Assembly (NCBI GenBank): GCA_043228905.1
Contig: JBHGNT010000004.1
Location: 3,224,001-3,288,000, forward strand
Source: Azolla caroliniana
Taxonomy: Eukaryota > Plantae > Polypodiophyta
DNA: 64,000 nucleotides
Direction of reading: 5' to 3'
A model generated the notes under the pieces. That model made no database searches. It had not been told where the DNA came from and saw only the letters and a program-made list of their open reading frames with translations. Positions 28,241-42,040 of this stretch are shown here, one piece after another; within the stretch, counting starts at the first letter, position 1; each line of letters starts with the position of its first letter. The translations under genes were made by a program, and so were the position numbers.

Positions 28241-30668
28241 GCATGCATGCATGCGGTCAAAGAGTTCGAACATAATGCAAGAGCACATGTGTTGTAGGGT
28301 TGTGGTTTTGTTGAAGTAAAAAAAGAAAATGGTTCCTTGAAAGATGGTTTTATGTGTTGTGTGTTTGTGTATGGGTTGCGCGGAAGTTAGCATTGTCCTT
28401 GTGTTAACAAAAAATTGTTCTATGTGCCACACTCTAGGAGTTCAATACTGAGTAATCATGTTGGTGGATGTGTTGTTTACAACCAGTTAAAATTAGACGT
28501 GGTCTCTTGAAATATTTTGAGGGTTGTGCTTGGATCATTGCATAGTGGGCTGGCATATGAGAATTATGTTTAATGTATGCCTTATTTGCCACACCTTATG
28601 TGTGACCAAATTGTAAGTTACTTCACTCAAGCATACTATTCTATTCTTCCACCAACATAATTTCGATATCACCAATGGCAAGACCGCTTATCACTCTGCA
28701 TGAACAACTCATCAACCAAGCAATGTATTCAAAAACTTGAAACCTGTATCATGTTCATGATTAGTCTTGCAAATGCTTGAAGATTCAAGATGATATTTAA
28801 CGTCAGAAAATCATAAATTTGGAATTGCAAGACATCTTATTTGAAGCTTTTGTGACACAAGTCATGTATCAGGTTAACAATATCAAAACTATTGTTCTAA
28901 GGGTGTCCTTACATGAAGTAAGACGTAGTGCGTGTATTGCCATTTGATGAATAGCCATTTTTAGCCTTAACAAGTTTTTATTATCATACATTCTCAAAAC
29001 CATTATAAATCTATTGTATAAATATGGGTTAAATGGACATCTCAATTAGGAAAACCATCCCGACCATTTCCTACCACACATAAGTTTAGACTTGACCATT
29101 GGTTATGCATAAGTACATTGACATATTTCCAAATCATGAGTAGCATATAACTCTTGAGTAAATCTTCCTCAAAAAACTCCCTCAAATTGATTCTAAGTTC
29201 TTGCAACCATTGCCATGTTTTGGAATTGTTGTTTGATTCATCAAAAGGAAAACAAATTCATATCTTAATATGAAAGGTGCCTAGGTCTAATGTCTTGAAC
29301 ATGTACCTTGGTCTCTTTATAAGTCCATCCTCTTCCTCTGGGAAGCCCATGAAGTAATCTTTGACCATAAAAACTCACATATATTAGGCTATTGTTCTTT
29401 GGCCACAACATCACTTGTGAGTACCTTTCCTTTTCGTCTCTTTAGTATATGAATGGCGTACATAATCCAATTATAACAATCAAGGTAGTATATATTGCAT
29501 GATACAAAGAGACAAGGTTTTATTAGAACAAACATCCCTTCCTGAAACACACATAATGAAAAAGGTAGGATATATTACACTTTATGAAAAAACACCATTA
29601 TCAACAAGAGACACACATAATCAAATGGAACTCAAGTTTCATATATTCAAATGGAACTTAAGTTTTTACAGATGTTGAAAAGTGAAGATACAATGTTCCA
29701 ACACTATTTATTATTGTGAACCATCATACATAGCTTAGACAAAAATTAGATAAGAAGAATGTCAACCGCATTTGTTGCAAAAAGGCATCAGCCTCTTCTT
29801 ATGTCCATGGACCCTACAAAAGACACCAAACAAGGTTACCATTCAACAATGTATAGGTATGAATATAGGAATGAATAAAAATATGGATTTAGGAATGAGA
29901 ATCAAACCTGGCAAAACTGAATGACACCTTTGTCTGAACATATCTGTTTAAACAACAAATCTATGTAGCAAGAATTGTAACATTAGACGCATAAATATTA
30001 CTGATAGATACTCCATCGCTACTTATTATTGTGAACCATCATTCTCCCACAATATAAATACTAGCTATGGCTATGGCTATACCAAAAGTTACAATTATGA
30101 CCTATATATAGCTATAGCTGCTATGGATTGAATCTGTTTCATCGGGAGTCTTCAAAACTTTAACATGGATATGCGAGCCGAAGCTACAACCAACATTACA
30201 ACAAAGCCAACATTTTATTCATTTCAGGTCATTATCACGAATGACTTTTCTTCTCTAGCTCAAGAGAAGTAAATGGTTTCTGCAAGTTTGTCGTATAGAA
30301 ACTCGTCATGGATTTGTTTATTACTAACTCCATGGTACACCATGTGGTGATAATCTAAGCATTGCGAAAGATAACAAACTAAGAAATGATGTGATCTATT
30401 TGGGGCAGAGCATGTACCAGATATGTTCATCTTCTAGTTGCAACAATTACATAACTCAAAACCCCAAAATTTTCGTTTCCCTTCATGATGTAAATTAGAA
30501 AAGAAAATGTTATACATATAATAAAATGACACAATGGTGCATTTCTACAAATCTCAACGCAAAATACCTGTAAAATTCTTGAACTTGCCAGTAACCCTAG
30601 ATCTGCGTTGTTGTTCCGCCCAAGGGTTGAACTTGGAGGCTGGGGAAGCACGCAGAGAGTATAGACAA

Positions 30669-30701
<33 letters not shown>

Positions 30702-30707
30702 CCTACA

Positions 30708-30778
30708 TGGATGTAGCTCGGTTGGTAAGGTTGCCCAATGGAGATAAGGTGGTCATGGATTCAACCCCTACATTCCAC
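30708..30778 (+). other. tRNA-like sequence (SINE head or tRNA pseudogene)
   Basis: A-box-like TAGCTCGGTTGG, B-box-like GGATTCAACCCC, ends GGATGT...ACATTCC pair; cloverleaf imperfect. Confidence 0.55.
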
Positions 30779-31325
30779 AGTGGCATCTAATGAAATAAAA
30801 GATATAGAGAGAGGTGATAAATTTGGGTTTTGAACCCAAGATGTAGTGTTATTGGTGTAAACGACTTACCAATAGGGTAAGCTAATTACAATAAGAGAGA
30901 GAGGAAAGAGGGAGAATATTATTAGGTACCTATGCACATTGAGTATATGCATGAACAATGTTGTGTCAAAAATGGTATGTACCATGCACAATGAGGAAGT
31001 ATATGTATGAATTGGTTACTAATAACATATTGTATGCATCCATTTATATGTAATTGCACCCTCACTATAAAATGAGAATCACGCAATTGTATGCGTGGAC
31101 CTTTTACCAACATAATACCATGAGCATTGAGCAAGTATGTGCATGTAGCACAAACTAACTACTCACACTATGACATGAGCATCATCCAATGGTATTTATG
31201 AGCTAGTATCAACACTACACCATTGAGTAGCTACATATACATGGCACCGACACTCTAACATGAGCTTTTGTGCAATTGTATGAGTTTATTATGCCATATC
31301 CTCTTGCGTAATTGATTGTTGTCAT

Positions 31326-32020
31326 TGAAGTACTCCAACTTGAAAGACTTAACATTTTTTGTCCCTAAGCTATGGATTCTCAAATTTATTGAGAAACTTC
31401 CTCGTATTTGCCACTTGGCATGACAAACCAATGATTCTCTTCATGTTAGATTGTTGTCAAGATTGGGCAAATATACACCCTTTTACGAATGAGGCGATAG
31501 AAAAGTAGGGATAAATCCACTTTGGAGTGTACAACGAACGAATGACCTAGTTTCGTTAGCAACCTCTCTAAATGACTCTTACTCTTAATCTTAAGCACAA
31601 TTAGTCAATATAGAAGTACATTGATAGACTTTACTAGAATGTCAGTTGCTCTAAAATCAAGAGTATACAAACAACATTAAGAAATCACCGAAGAGGCAAT
31701 TACCAAACAAATCATTGCATCCCTCGACCATTACAAATAGGATTCCATTTTTTTTCCCCACAAAAACTATACTCCATTGGTATTAAAATTAACAATGCCA
31801 AATGCAATCTACAATTTGTACATAATAGTTTCCACTCCACAAGTGTTTATAAAATAAAATAAAATAAAGTAGGATTCCATTTGAGCTCGTGTTCCATGGA
31901 GATGATGATACAACAATTACAACAGTTAAATAAGCTTGAAGACATTAAGATAGGCTCATGAGAGAGTTCAAAAACATAAAAAGAAGAAGCACAAAAATTT
32001 ACACATTAACTTTTAAACTT
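31326..32020 (-). mobile_element. Inverted copy of the 2413-2956 repeat, carrying a short retroposed insert
   Basis: Reverse-complement similarity; insert 31751-31869 flanked by TAGGATTCCATTT duplication. Confidence 0.8.
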
Positions 32021-32653
32021 ATTTTAGACATTAACATTTACACATTAGAGATTAGTTGGGTAAATTTATACATGTCCCTCTAACCATATGCGTCTCTTTC
32101 TCTTTGGATCCCCGAGCTCCATGTCCAGATGCAATGGTTATCGAAATTCCAGTGTAATTCTGGGAGCAAACCGGATGATGCAACACTGAACAACTTTAGA
32201 GCTTTGGGTGCAAGTGCTAATATATTCAAGAATGAAAGTGAGAAGGTGGTTTAGATGACGACAAATGCCAACTCATAGCTTAACAATATGTGGCTACTTA
32301 TACAAAGTGGTGAAATATTGTGAAGACAAAACATACGAAGATGAAATTCAGGAAATACAGAAAGAATAGTTAGTGGCTATTTCTCCCAAAGGTTCTATGC
32401 TCAATACCTTGTAACTAGAGAATTTTAATGAAAATGATGTCCTCGTATTTGGGAAATCAATAATAAAAGACAAGACAAAGGAAGAGGAAGAAGCTGATAG
32501 GTTGAACTCATTGCCGAACCCCAAGACTTCGACACATGAAGTGTTGAGAAAATCCAATAGATGGCACACGCGTCGTCATCAAAGCTCTAGGCCAAAATCA
32601 CAATATTATCCAATAGAAGAACAATCATGATGATGGGAAGATGATTGAACATG

Positions 32654-32875
32654 TTAATGGTGACACCAAGGGTAGTAGACATGTGCAAGATGGCCATCAA
32701 GTCGATCAAGACACCTCAAGGGGTCTTCCCCACAAATCTATCCAACACCTTTAGCTCAATGGCATTAATGGTGAAGTTGAGGGAAATAGACAGGCGCAAG
32801 ATGGCCATCAAGTGGATCAAGATAACTCCAAGGGTGTTTCCCCAAATTTATCTAACACCCCAAGCTCAGTGGAGC
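32654..32875. repeat. Degenerate tandem duplication, 2 x ~112 bp
   Basis: ttaatggtga...caagatggccatcaagt.gatcaaga...aacacc twice. Confidence 0.8.
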
Positions 32876-33239
32876 ATGATGAGATGAAGAATGAGATGGA
32901 CCCAACATGTGCATGTGCATCCATCGCCATTATGCGGGCATGTGTACATGTCTTACACAAATACTAAAAAAGAAGACGAGGATAGGCCCAACATATGCAT
33001 CCAATGCACATGGCCGCATAGTGGCGATGGATAGCCAAAACTTCATAATGTTGTCATGGGAATAATGTTAAGGGCCAATTCATGGATCTTTCAATGTATC
33101 TTTGAATCGTCCAATAATTCGCCATGGTCACGAGCAAGAGGCCTAGCTAGTTAGCTAGCCATTCGACAATGAAAAGAATACATGGGAGGGGTAATGTGAC
33201 AATTTATGAAAATTTTAGGATGGCCATTTTTTGCAACCT

Positions 33240-33475
33240 ATATCTATCTATCTACATACATACATAAATACACACACACACACACACACATACATGCATG
33301 CATACACACACACACATGTGTATATGCACATACATGCATGCACACACACACACACACATGTATATATGTACATACATGCATGCATACACATATTATGTAT
33401 GTATGTATGTGTGTATATGTAGCGGCAATGAAAAGACAGGGGTAATTTGTATGTGTGTATATGTATGTATGTATC
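33240..33475. repeat. Compound (CA)n/(TACA)n/(TATG)n microsatellite region
   Basis: Read directly; explains the overlapping low-complexity ORFs. Confidence 0.9.
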
Positions 33476-33621
33476 CAGGGAGGGGTAATTTGGTAATTTA
33501 CTGAAAATTCAGACAGGGCCATTTGTGTAATTTTAATAAACTCAGCATAATTACTGGAGATTGACTTGTTTGTTGCCAAGGTCTTGGCGAGGTTTTAGGG
33601 TTTCCACGCCTTCCTTGCACA

Positions 33622-35335
33622 ATGGCGTCTTCGTCTGCACAGAGACTCTCTGTGAAGCTCCTCCTTCAATGGCGGCGTTTCGCAGCAGCGCCTCTCACCT
33701 CATTCGCGAGAAACTCCATCCATCAGAGCCTTCCATCGCCTCTTCCCTCTATCTCTACACAGAACTCCCACTCAATTTCTCTACTCGCGTCAGGTATTCG
33801 CTCCCTACGCATTCGGCATTCCTCCTCCTCTTCCTCGGGGAAAGAAGGAGGAATAGAAGAAGGAAAATCCAACGGAGGATCAGACCGTGAAGCGATCGAT
33901 GATCGAAGTAATGAAGAATTAGATGAGAGCGATGACGACGGTGAAGAGATGGATGGAGATGAGAATGATGACGACGAAGATGATGAGTCCCAGTTTCTTT
34001 CAGAAACGCAGAGATCTCTTCCCGATTTCAAAGATCCTATCGAGGAGGCTGCATATATCGGGTATAAGGTCGATGGCCGCATCAAAGCTGGAGATTTTTC
34101 CAATTTCAAGCCTCCAAAAGCATTTGCAGTTGTTCAGGTATGTTATCTTCCCTGCGTTTTCTGAGCATCTCGAAGGTATATGCTTTGTGCACAGCTGCAA
34201 TGTCAAATTTACTTAAATAGATGCATGCTTTTCACACGCTTTAGAGAAAGTTTGCTTCAAGTTACAAACCTAGATACAAAGCATATCATAGATGCAAATT
34301 TGGAGTAAGATGTCAGCCAATCACGTGTATTCAGAGGAGGATATGATCTAAAATGCAATCTTTACTAGATCTGTTAGAGAAAGAGTTGCTACATTGTCCC
34401 AGAGAAAAGATGTTTTATGAAACCAGTTTGTTGTACGTGATATAGAAAATACAGTTTGAGCTAAACTTTCCAAATGTGTTAGAGAAAATGCAATATGGCA
34501 ACTTTCGTTAGAGAAAAGAGATACTATTTCACGTATTTTTAAAGCTTTTCTTAGAGTAAAGAGATGGTATTTTACATATTTTCTCATGTACAATGCAAGT
34601 GGCTTTGTGATGGGGATACCTAACACATCTCAAGGCATGGCATTTTTCAGGTTGGTTCTCATCAGTTCAAAATTTCTCCCGGGGATTGTATTTACACTGA
34701 GAAGCTTAAGTTTGCAGACGTCAATGACAAGGTGATTGAGAAACATTGTTTTATCATCATCATTTAGTAAGTGTGGGGAATTTAAAAGGAGTTTTATTTA
34801 AAGAGTATTGGTTATTGGCATGCAGTTAGTCTTAGAAAAGGTGTTGTTATTGGGTTCAAAGACTCAAACAATCATAGGCAGACCCTTTGTGCCCAAAGCC
34901 TTTGTTCATGCAGCAGTTGAAGAACAGGTGATGCATGAAGTGTTTCCATTGCCTGAAAATAGAACTGATGAGCTAGATAACAGTTAATACTAATTTCATT
35001 GTCAACTTCAGGTCCTTGATGCTAAGGTTATAATATTCAAGAAAAAAAGAAGAAAAAATTATCGGAGAACGAGGGGTCATCGACAGGTAGTATTACTCAA
35101 AGTCAATCAAACTACATTATAATCAAGAGAATTTTTTTTTGAAGAGATCTTTGTTTGTTTCACTCTTCCATGGAAGCTTGTTTTTGTTCATGTAGTGTTT
35201 CACCTTATCACACTGGGTGTACCATGAAATGTTTACCTTGGGGTTAAAATGTGTTTATAATGATGACAGGAATTAACAAGATTGCGGATCCTAGACATTA
35301 GGGGACTTGGAGAGAGCTGGTCTGGAGTTGCTTAG
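33622..35335 (+). CDS. RPL21M: Mitochondrial ribosomal protein L21 (bL21m), 5 exons
   Basis: Exons 33622-34137, 34651-34731, 34826-34927, 35012-35086, 35270-35335; S/R-rich presequence, acidic linker, [52 protein letters not shown]. Confidence 0.95.
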
Positions 35336-35499
35336 AATATTATGCACTTTATCTTCTATCTTCTGCAATGAATGATGGTACTTCCAATATAATGTATTCA
35401 AGAATCAGAAGGCCAAAAATCTTAAAAGTTGTTATATAGTCTAAACCCCAGTGCAAGAGTGTTCTGGCTTCCAACTGCATGCTGTGGTATGGGTAACAT

Positions 35500-36210
35500 A
35501 TACTTTTAAAATTGCTCTATTGGGTCTGCCCATCATAGCTGTTTAGATTTTGATTCTGGCTATGAGGATAAAAAGGCTGATCTGAATGCCATCCAAGCTA
35601 ATATTCTTCTGTCTGCAGGAGGCATCACAGTGCCACATATCAAGGGTATATTTCTGAGTGAGAAAGGATTTTTTGGGTATTTAGGAAATGATGCATTTTA
35701 CGTTGTATCTTTTGTGATGAATAATACACAATACTTCCAACACAAAGGATTCAAGCATCAAAGGGTCAACATTGAACCCCAGCATTTTTGCTTTTTGGTT
35801 TTCCTATCCTGTTTAAACTTGAATAGCATGATGCTGGCTTTTAAAATTACTGTATTGAGTTTGCCCATGATAGTTCGGATTTTGAGTCTTGGAAATGATG
35901 AAAAAAGGCCAATCTAAATGCCACTTGTGCTCTTATTTTGGTCTGTTGGAGGCATTATGATGCAACCTGTCATGGCTATTTTTCCAAGTCAGAATAGAAA
36001 TTTTGAGGTTTAAGATTTTGGTTTAAATTTGAAGCAACTGGCTTTTTAAAATTGCTCTATCCAGCTTGCCCATGGTAGTTCAGATTTTGATTCTTGGTAA
36101 TGATGAAAAAAAGGCCGGTCCGAAAGCCACCCGAGCTCTTATTGTGCTCTGTAGGAGGCTTCATGATGCATCCTATCAAGGGTATTTTCTGAGCCAGAAT
36201 AGAATCTTTC
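35500..36210. repeat. Three degenerate ~170-bp direct repeats downstream of RPL21M
   Basis: cttttaaaatt.ct.tat...tgcccat...gatttt...aaaaggc...ggaggc at ~35502, ~35837, ~36041. Confidence 0.75.
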
Positions 36211-37702
36211 AAGGTTAAGGAAGCGATAGTGAAACAAGTGGGGTTTGAGGATCCCCAATAGCGCTCTATTCTTGGGAGGAAAGAATTTAGTAAATCTGAT
36301 TCACTATAAACACGTGTTATGAATTCTTGAAGAAATATGCTTTCTGTTGATGATGTTAGTCAGCAGACAATAGAACTATTCAATTTCAGGAGAAAATAAT
36401 CATAGAGTTTTCTACTTGATACATTCCTCCAGCAATATAAATTGTATTACTTTCACAAAGTGTCAGTGGCAAGTTGAGGCACATTTTGTACTGCAAGTTT
36501 TGTGTTAAACATTGAAGAAGCAAACAGAGCATGTCAGTGATTTCATAAGCTGTCAGAAAAGGAAAAGTGCTTCCTAGGCCATACAATATATATGGTCACA
36601 AGTCAGTTATAAAGTCATATGCAGAAATCGGAAAGTCATGTGCTCAACCTTCACATTCTTTAGCAGAACCTAATAGACCCATGGTTACTAAAAACTTAAC
36701 TCGAACCTGAAAAAAGAAAAGTGGCTAAATAGTGGAAAGCTATCCTTTGTATGCCTGGCATTTATTATGTAGATTTTACTAAATTTACTCGAATTGTGCT
36801 AGAAGGCCTGATGTTTTTGGAGTTTAACTAAGTGTGGCTACCGAAAGATATCATTGTAGTGTTATACCATGCCGAAATGATTATTCAGGTGGCTAAGATG
36901 GCCTTGAAGTTAGTTCCTTTGTCACCAAATTTCCCAGCTACTTGATCTCTACCACTATTTTTAAGGTGTGTCTGTATTGATACATATTTGTCTGCTCCTT
37001 AGTTTCTCTAACTTGGAGCACATTATGAGTTCTGCTGAAAATATTTGTTTCTTTGATGAGCTTCTACTTTATTGAATATATGGGTAGTGAGTATTTTCTA
37101 CGGTACGTTTGAAGTTCCCTTGATCATTCTTTTCCAGTCTCCTTTTGTTTATTGTTTACTGTTCATCATACACTGATTATTGTTATAAGCTGACAGTTGC
37201 TAAGTCATAATTGTGATTAAATGTTGAATATGCTTCCTGATGGCGTTGTTTTTATAATGTAATTTGTTACTTCATTGAACCAAATGTCATTTTGATCAAA
37301 TACCAATGATGATTTCACTATGACCCACTTCTCACTAAATTTTGTTTGAATTCCAGATGTTAGATATCTGAGCCGTCTTTCTTTTCAATGGTTATGTGCT
37401 TGATAATGTAATATTGCTGAAACATGCTATCCTCTATTTCGCTATGTAAAAGGAACTTCTATAATAGAAATTGTATGTAAGGGGTACAAATGTATCTTTT
37501 AGTAAGAATGCAATATTGTATAATTGACATTCTTTATTTATTTGTGACAACATGATTAATAATAGCATAGAACTCTTTTATTTTAGTAGTTGCTACTACT
37601 TAAGTTGCATAGAACTGAACATCCTCCCTTTAGCTGGCATTAATGGTAAAAACCAAATGCTGTTAACAATCCAATCACGAAAATGTTAACCAAACAGGAA
37701 GG

Positions 37703-40700
37703 TTAATACTCTTCAAGTCCGAGAAATACGACATTGGAAATTGCTTGCCATGCAGCATCTGTGGGATGGGATTCATCCCAATAGAATGATTCCGATGGGG
37801 ATGAGCATACTGTGTATAGTGGCACACCTTGTTCATCCACTTCACCACAAGTGGCTTCATTGATGCCCCAACAACACGATCTGTATGGTTGTTGAGTCCC
37901 ATTCGATAAATATCCTATTGAAGTTGTCGAAAATGTTAGGGTTAGGCACACATCTTCATATTTACAACATTGACAAGCCTAGAACTTAAATTGAGTGAAA
38001 GTATCAAATGTAAGGGTACTATACCTTGCAACACAACATTGAAGGCATAATTAAAGTCGAGAGTAATGAGCTCAACGTTTGGTAGGGTATTTTGAAGTGT
38101 AGCTAGGCTAGATGCTAGTAGAGAATTGTGATAAAGGGCAAGTGCATTGTATGTGGCATCACAAGAACTGTAGTTATTTTGTTTTGCTATTGATGGTAAG
38201 CAGCCGGTAGGCCCAAGGTTGGAAATTGCGAAACTTTTGAACCCAACATTAAATAGAAACTCTATGTCCGCTGTAAGTTGTTGCACCACTGCTTGAATGA
38301 ATGCTGGAAAGCCCTATGTAAAAGAATGACTATGTTACAATTTGTAAATTTGTAGTTTAAGTACCTTGGTAAGATATGTGCTCATGAAATAGGTTTGATT
38401 GAAACCATTGCGTCTCCACAAAAGAAGGGGACATTTATTTTGGATTAGTCATATTACATAATATAGAAGTTCGGGACATGTAATGTAAGCATGCATCCAA
38501 TCATAGAAAATAATGCAATCGATTTGTTGGAGCTCATAATGATATATATAAGTATTCATCCAATCATAGAAAATAATGCAAGCTAATTAATGGAGTTCAT
38601 AATTGATGCACAACTATTTGAAAGTCAATAGAAAGTGCAACATGATAAAGAAGGTCCATCAAATGAATTGAGGGAAGTGTTTGCAACAAGCTTGTAGCAA
38701 CCTTGCATTGTAAGAAACAAGAGATTACTTTGGTGTCATGAAATTGTTATTGTTTTTTTGCCTATTATTGCAGAATGTATGAACTTAAGAGTGAATGCAT
38801 GGTAAGGTAATTATAGAAAAATACTGTTAACACATGCATCCTCAAACTTCAAGATGATGATTGGAAAAATTGGGAGGCATAGTAAAAGGTAATGCTATCA
38901 TGAGCTCCATCATTTTGCTAGCATTGGTTTAAGGCAATGCAATTATTTTCAGTCCTTGGGACATGAAAAACGGTTTGTATATCCACAATTACGATACTTC
39001 CATAATATTATTAGCTATATATGCTACAAAAATTATTTGCCTACTGGGATCGTTTGATCATTCTCTAAACAATCTTGTCACAACTATGATATAACAATGA
39101 TTGATGCAATGTGTGTAGGCTATAATGGCTCCTTTGTGTTTCTTGAGAATGGTTTTGTGACATCTTAATTATTCATAGGCAATGTTGGTCATATTATTTA
39201 TTCACAAAAGATCGAGAGACATGAAGGAAGTACCTCGGTGGTTCCGTTTGAAGCAATGTATTTTGAGTAGTCATTTCCACTGACAAGGACGAGGGCTACT
39301 GATGCATTTATAAGCTCTTGTGATGCCAAGCCATTGTTGATGACACCTTGTAATTGATCAATTTGGGTACTCACATTTGGACAAAAAGATGCTGTTGGAA
39401 ACACACCACTTCCTCCAAATGCGAAGTTGATGCCAACATTTCCATTGTTCATGATATCCGTATGTACCTTTGCATATGGAATAGGACTATAGCCGCCTAA
39501 ATAGCTAGCTGTCAATATGCATACACAATGGATTGTTTAATGATTGATCGATAGAGATATATGGATTACCTCATCTTGAGGTTTCCCCCACTAATTTAAA
39601 GCATTACTAAAAAGGAGATAGAATGATGGCTTGGTTTAGACAATGACATTCTATTAGTGGTTGCACCTCATTCATTTAGGGTAGGACTTTACAGTCTACA
39701 AAATATGTTCAATAATAAAATGGCAACCAAATGTAAGTTGTTTGATTCAGCAATATCACCCATGCTACATGCATGTATAGAAATTCCACCTAATAAATTA
39801 TTAACACATTAAACACAATAATTGACATTGAGGTACATGGTTAGAGATTAGCTCATGAGCCACGAGTCCAATAATAATGCCTTGCAACCAAGAGTCATGT
39901 AGCATGGACCTTGGGTTTGAGTGTCCACAAGATAGATGATCTAGTTATGACAACTATTCCACATGGACAGATCCATGATTGTATGTGCACAGTTAAGTAC
40001 GACTAGCTTATGTTCATGCACATCCGAACATAGATGTCCATATTGTCACCATGTAATTGCCAACTCATGATTACACAAGTTATGTAGTGCATTCTCATAA
40101 TAATTTAAGCTTCCATTTATGAAATTCATTTAACCATTTCAACTAGAAAGAGATACCGTCCCAACCTTGAATACATTTTTAATTTATTCTTGCTTATGTA
40201 TAGGAGCACACTTTGGAAAGCTTCATCAACTTATATATATATAGGAGATGCTTGTAACACTTTAACCAATCCTATATATAAGTGTTGCCAACCTTTCAAG
40301 GACAACAATAGATAATCATGTTTACATACTTGGACCAACAAAAAGTACAATGACACATGATGGTGTAGTGAAACATGCAAGAATTTCTAAGGAGATGCTC
40401 TTTCTCCTTTGTTTAAGGGAAATATTTAGTCTCGTTGCAATGCTATCAAGAATTTCATCGAGAATCTTTTGAAAGAAAGGAATGAACACACTATTCCCGT
40501 AGAATCTTCCTTCTACAAAGTTTTCCACGCATAGATAATGCATGAATCAAGAAAAGTCGAAAATTTGCAAGGCGGGCCTTTTAGATAAATGAATGTGTAT
40601 TGGTTGGAGATGGGAGGTTAAAGGGATGATGACAATTTCATTTAATAAAAAGATAGTAAAGCATGAGAATGGGAGACATGACACATTAAAGTTTTGAACT

Positions 40701-42040
40701 TTGGTATTAAGGGGCCAGGGCCCCAATTTTCTCTCCTGGTTGAGGTCACTGTGTGTTTCCCTACCTAAGTTAATCGTGTCATTCTCCAATATGTTGTTGA
40801 ATTACATTATTATCATATATCAAATTCTCTCGTTTGTCATTGAAAAACATTGAGAATGGGAGACATGACACATTAACCTTTAGTAGTTGTATCTTTTTTT
40901 CTTTTCTTTCTCCTGGTTAAGGTAATTGTGCCTTTCCCTATCCAAGTTAATCGTGTCATTCTCTATTGTGGTGTTGAATTTCGTTATTATCATATATCTA
41001 ATTCTCTCGTTTATCATTGAAAAACATTGAGGATGGGAGACATGACACATTGAACTTTAGTAGTAAGGGCCCACTTTGGTCTTAGAAAATGTTAGTATAT
41101 CTTTTCCTACCTGAGTTAAATCGTGTCATTCTCATACTCTGTTGTTGAACGACATTATTATCATATATCTATCTCTCGTTGTCATTGAAAAACAATATCC
41201 TCATATATTTAATTTTCTCATAATAAACTCCACCAGTACCTACCGTGTGAAAATGTTTTACTGTGGTATGTGGGTCATATTTTACCTCAAAGGACAACTA
41301 TAAAGTCCCTCTATCATAATAGTGTATCCTATTATCTACTACCGTGAAATATGAAGCATGATGCCTTTAGAACTCTAAGGATCATCATATAAAGTGATAA
41401 AACATTTCACGTGTTGAAATATACCAATTGATGCAACCGGGGCATAGTGAAGAGAATAATAAAGGTGCATAAGATGGTACTCCTAATAGCCAAATCAGCA
41501 AAGCTTGTAATCAATGAGCCTATTGGAGCATGCCATTTTGTCCATCAAAGAAGAAAGCATCAATTATGTCATACTAACATAAAATATTAAGTGAAGGTTC
41601 TTACAACAAACTTAGCCTAGTGTGAGCCTACCAACACTAGGCCTTGGGGTTCGAAGCTCACCTATAAGATATCTCTTTTGCACCATATATTTTCCCCCGA
41701 TTTATTAGATGGCATTGTGGAATGTAGGTGGTTGAAAGTCACTCACACACCCTGTTTCAAACACATTCCCATTGACATACACGACTATTTAGGCATTCAA
41801 AGAGAGAATGTGAGAGATACCGTAGAAATCTGTGAAGAGTTGACCATTGGAGTATCGGCCAGTGGGGAATCCTGGCCAAGTGATGCCATAAGGTTGTCGC
41901 CATGGCTTGTACTCAGCCGGGCTTGTGTCGGAATCGTTGTGATGGTTCCCGGTGTCTCCATATGAGTCACCAAAAACAAACAATGCCTCTTTTGATGCCA
42001 ATGTCAGACTTATACCTGCCATCATTATCATCATCATCAT
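37703..42040 (-). CDS. GDSL esterase/lipase, copy A, 4 exons
   Basis: Exons 42040-41821, 39508-39234, 38313-38025, 37914-37703; FVFGDSYGDTGN, PYG..WPG.PTGRYSNG, GINFAFGGSG, SGNDY, GPTGCLP, FYWDESHPT. Confidence 0.92.
40664..41200. repeat. Tandem array, 3 x ~180 bp, in intron 1 of GDSL copy A
   Basis: tgag.atgggagacatgacacatt...atcgtgtcattctc...tcattgaaaaaca at 40664, 40851, 41028. Confidence 0.9.

Noticed and set aside
27809-28432. Overlapping ORFs with repeated peptides; also CRISPR-like periodicity
   Set aside because: Translation of a minisatellite; units lack unique spacers and the context is eukaryotic
29700-30045. Box C/D snoRNA pair from ATGATGG...TTCACAAT motifs
   Set aside because: Box C is imperfect and no properly placed CTGA box or terminal stem was seen
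32100-32640. Possible LINE ORF1 remnant
   Set aside because: Only a vague Cys-containing stretch; insufficient support
33206-33579. His/Thr- and Cys/Val-rich ORFs
   Set aside because: Products of CA/TG microsatellites
33723-34216. Antisense and alternative-frame ORFs over RPL21M exon 1
   Set aside because: Shadow ORFs of a GC-richer coding exon
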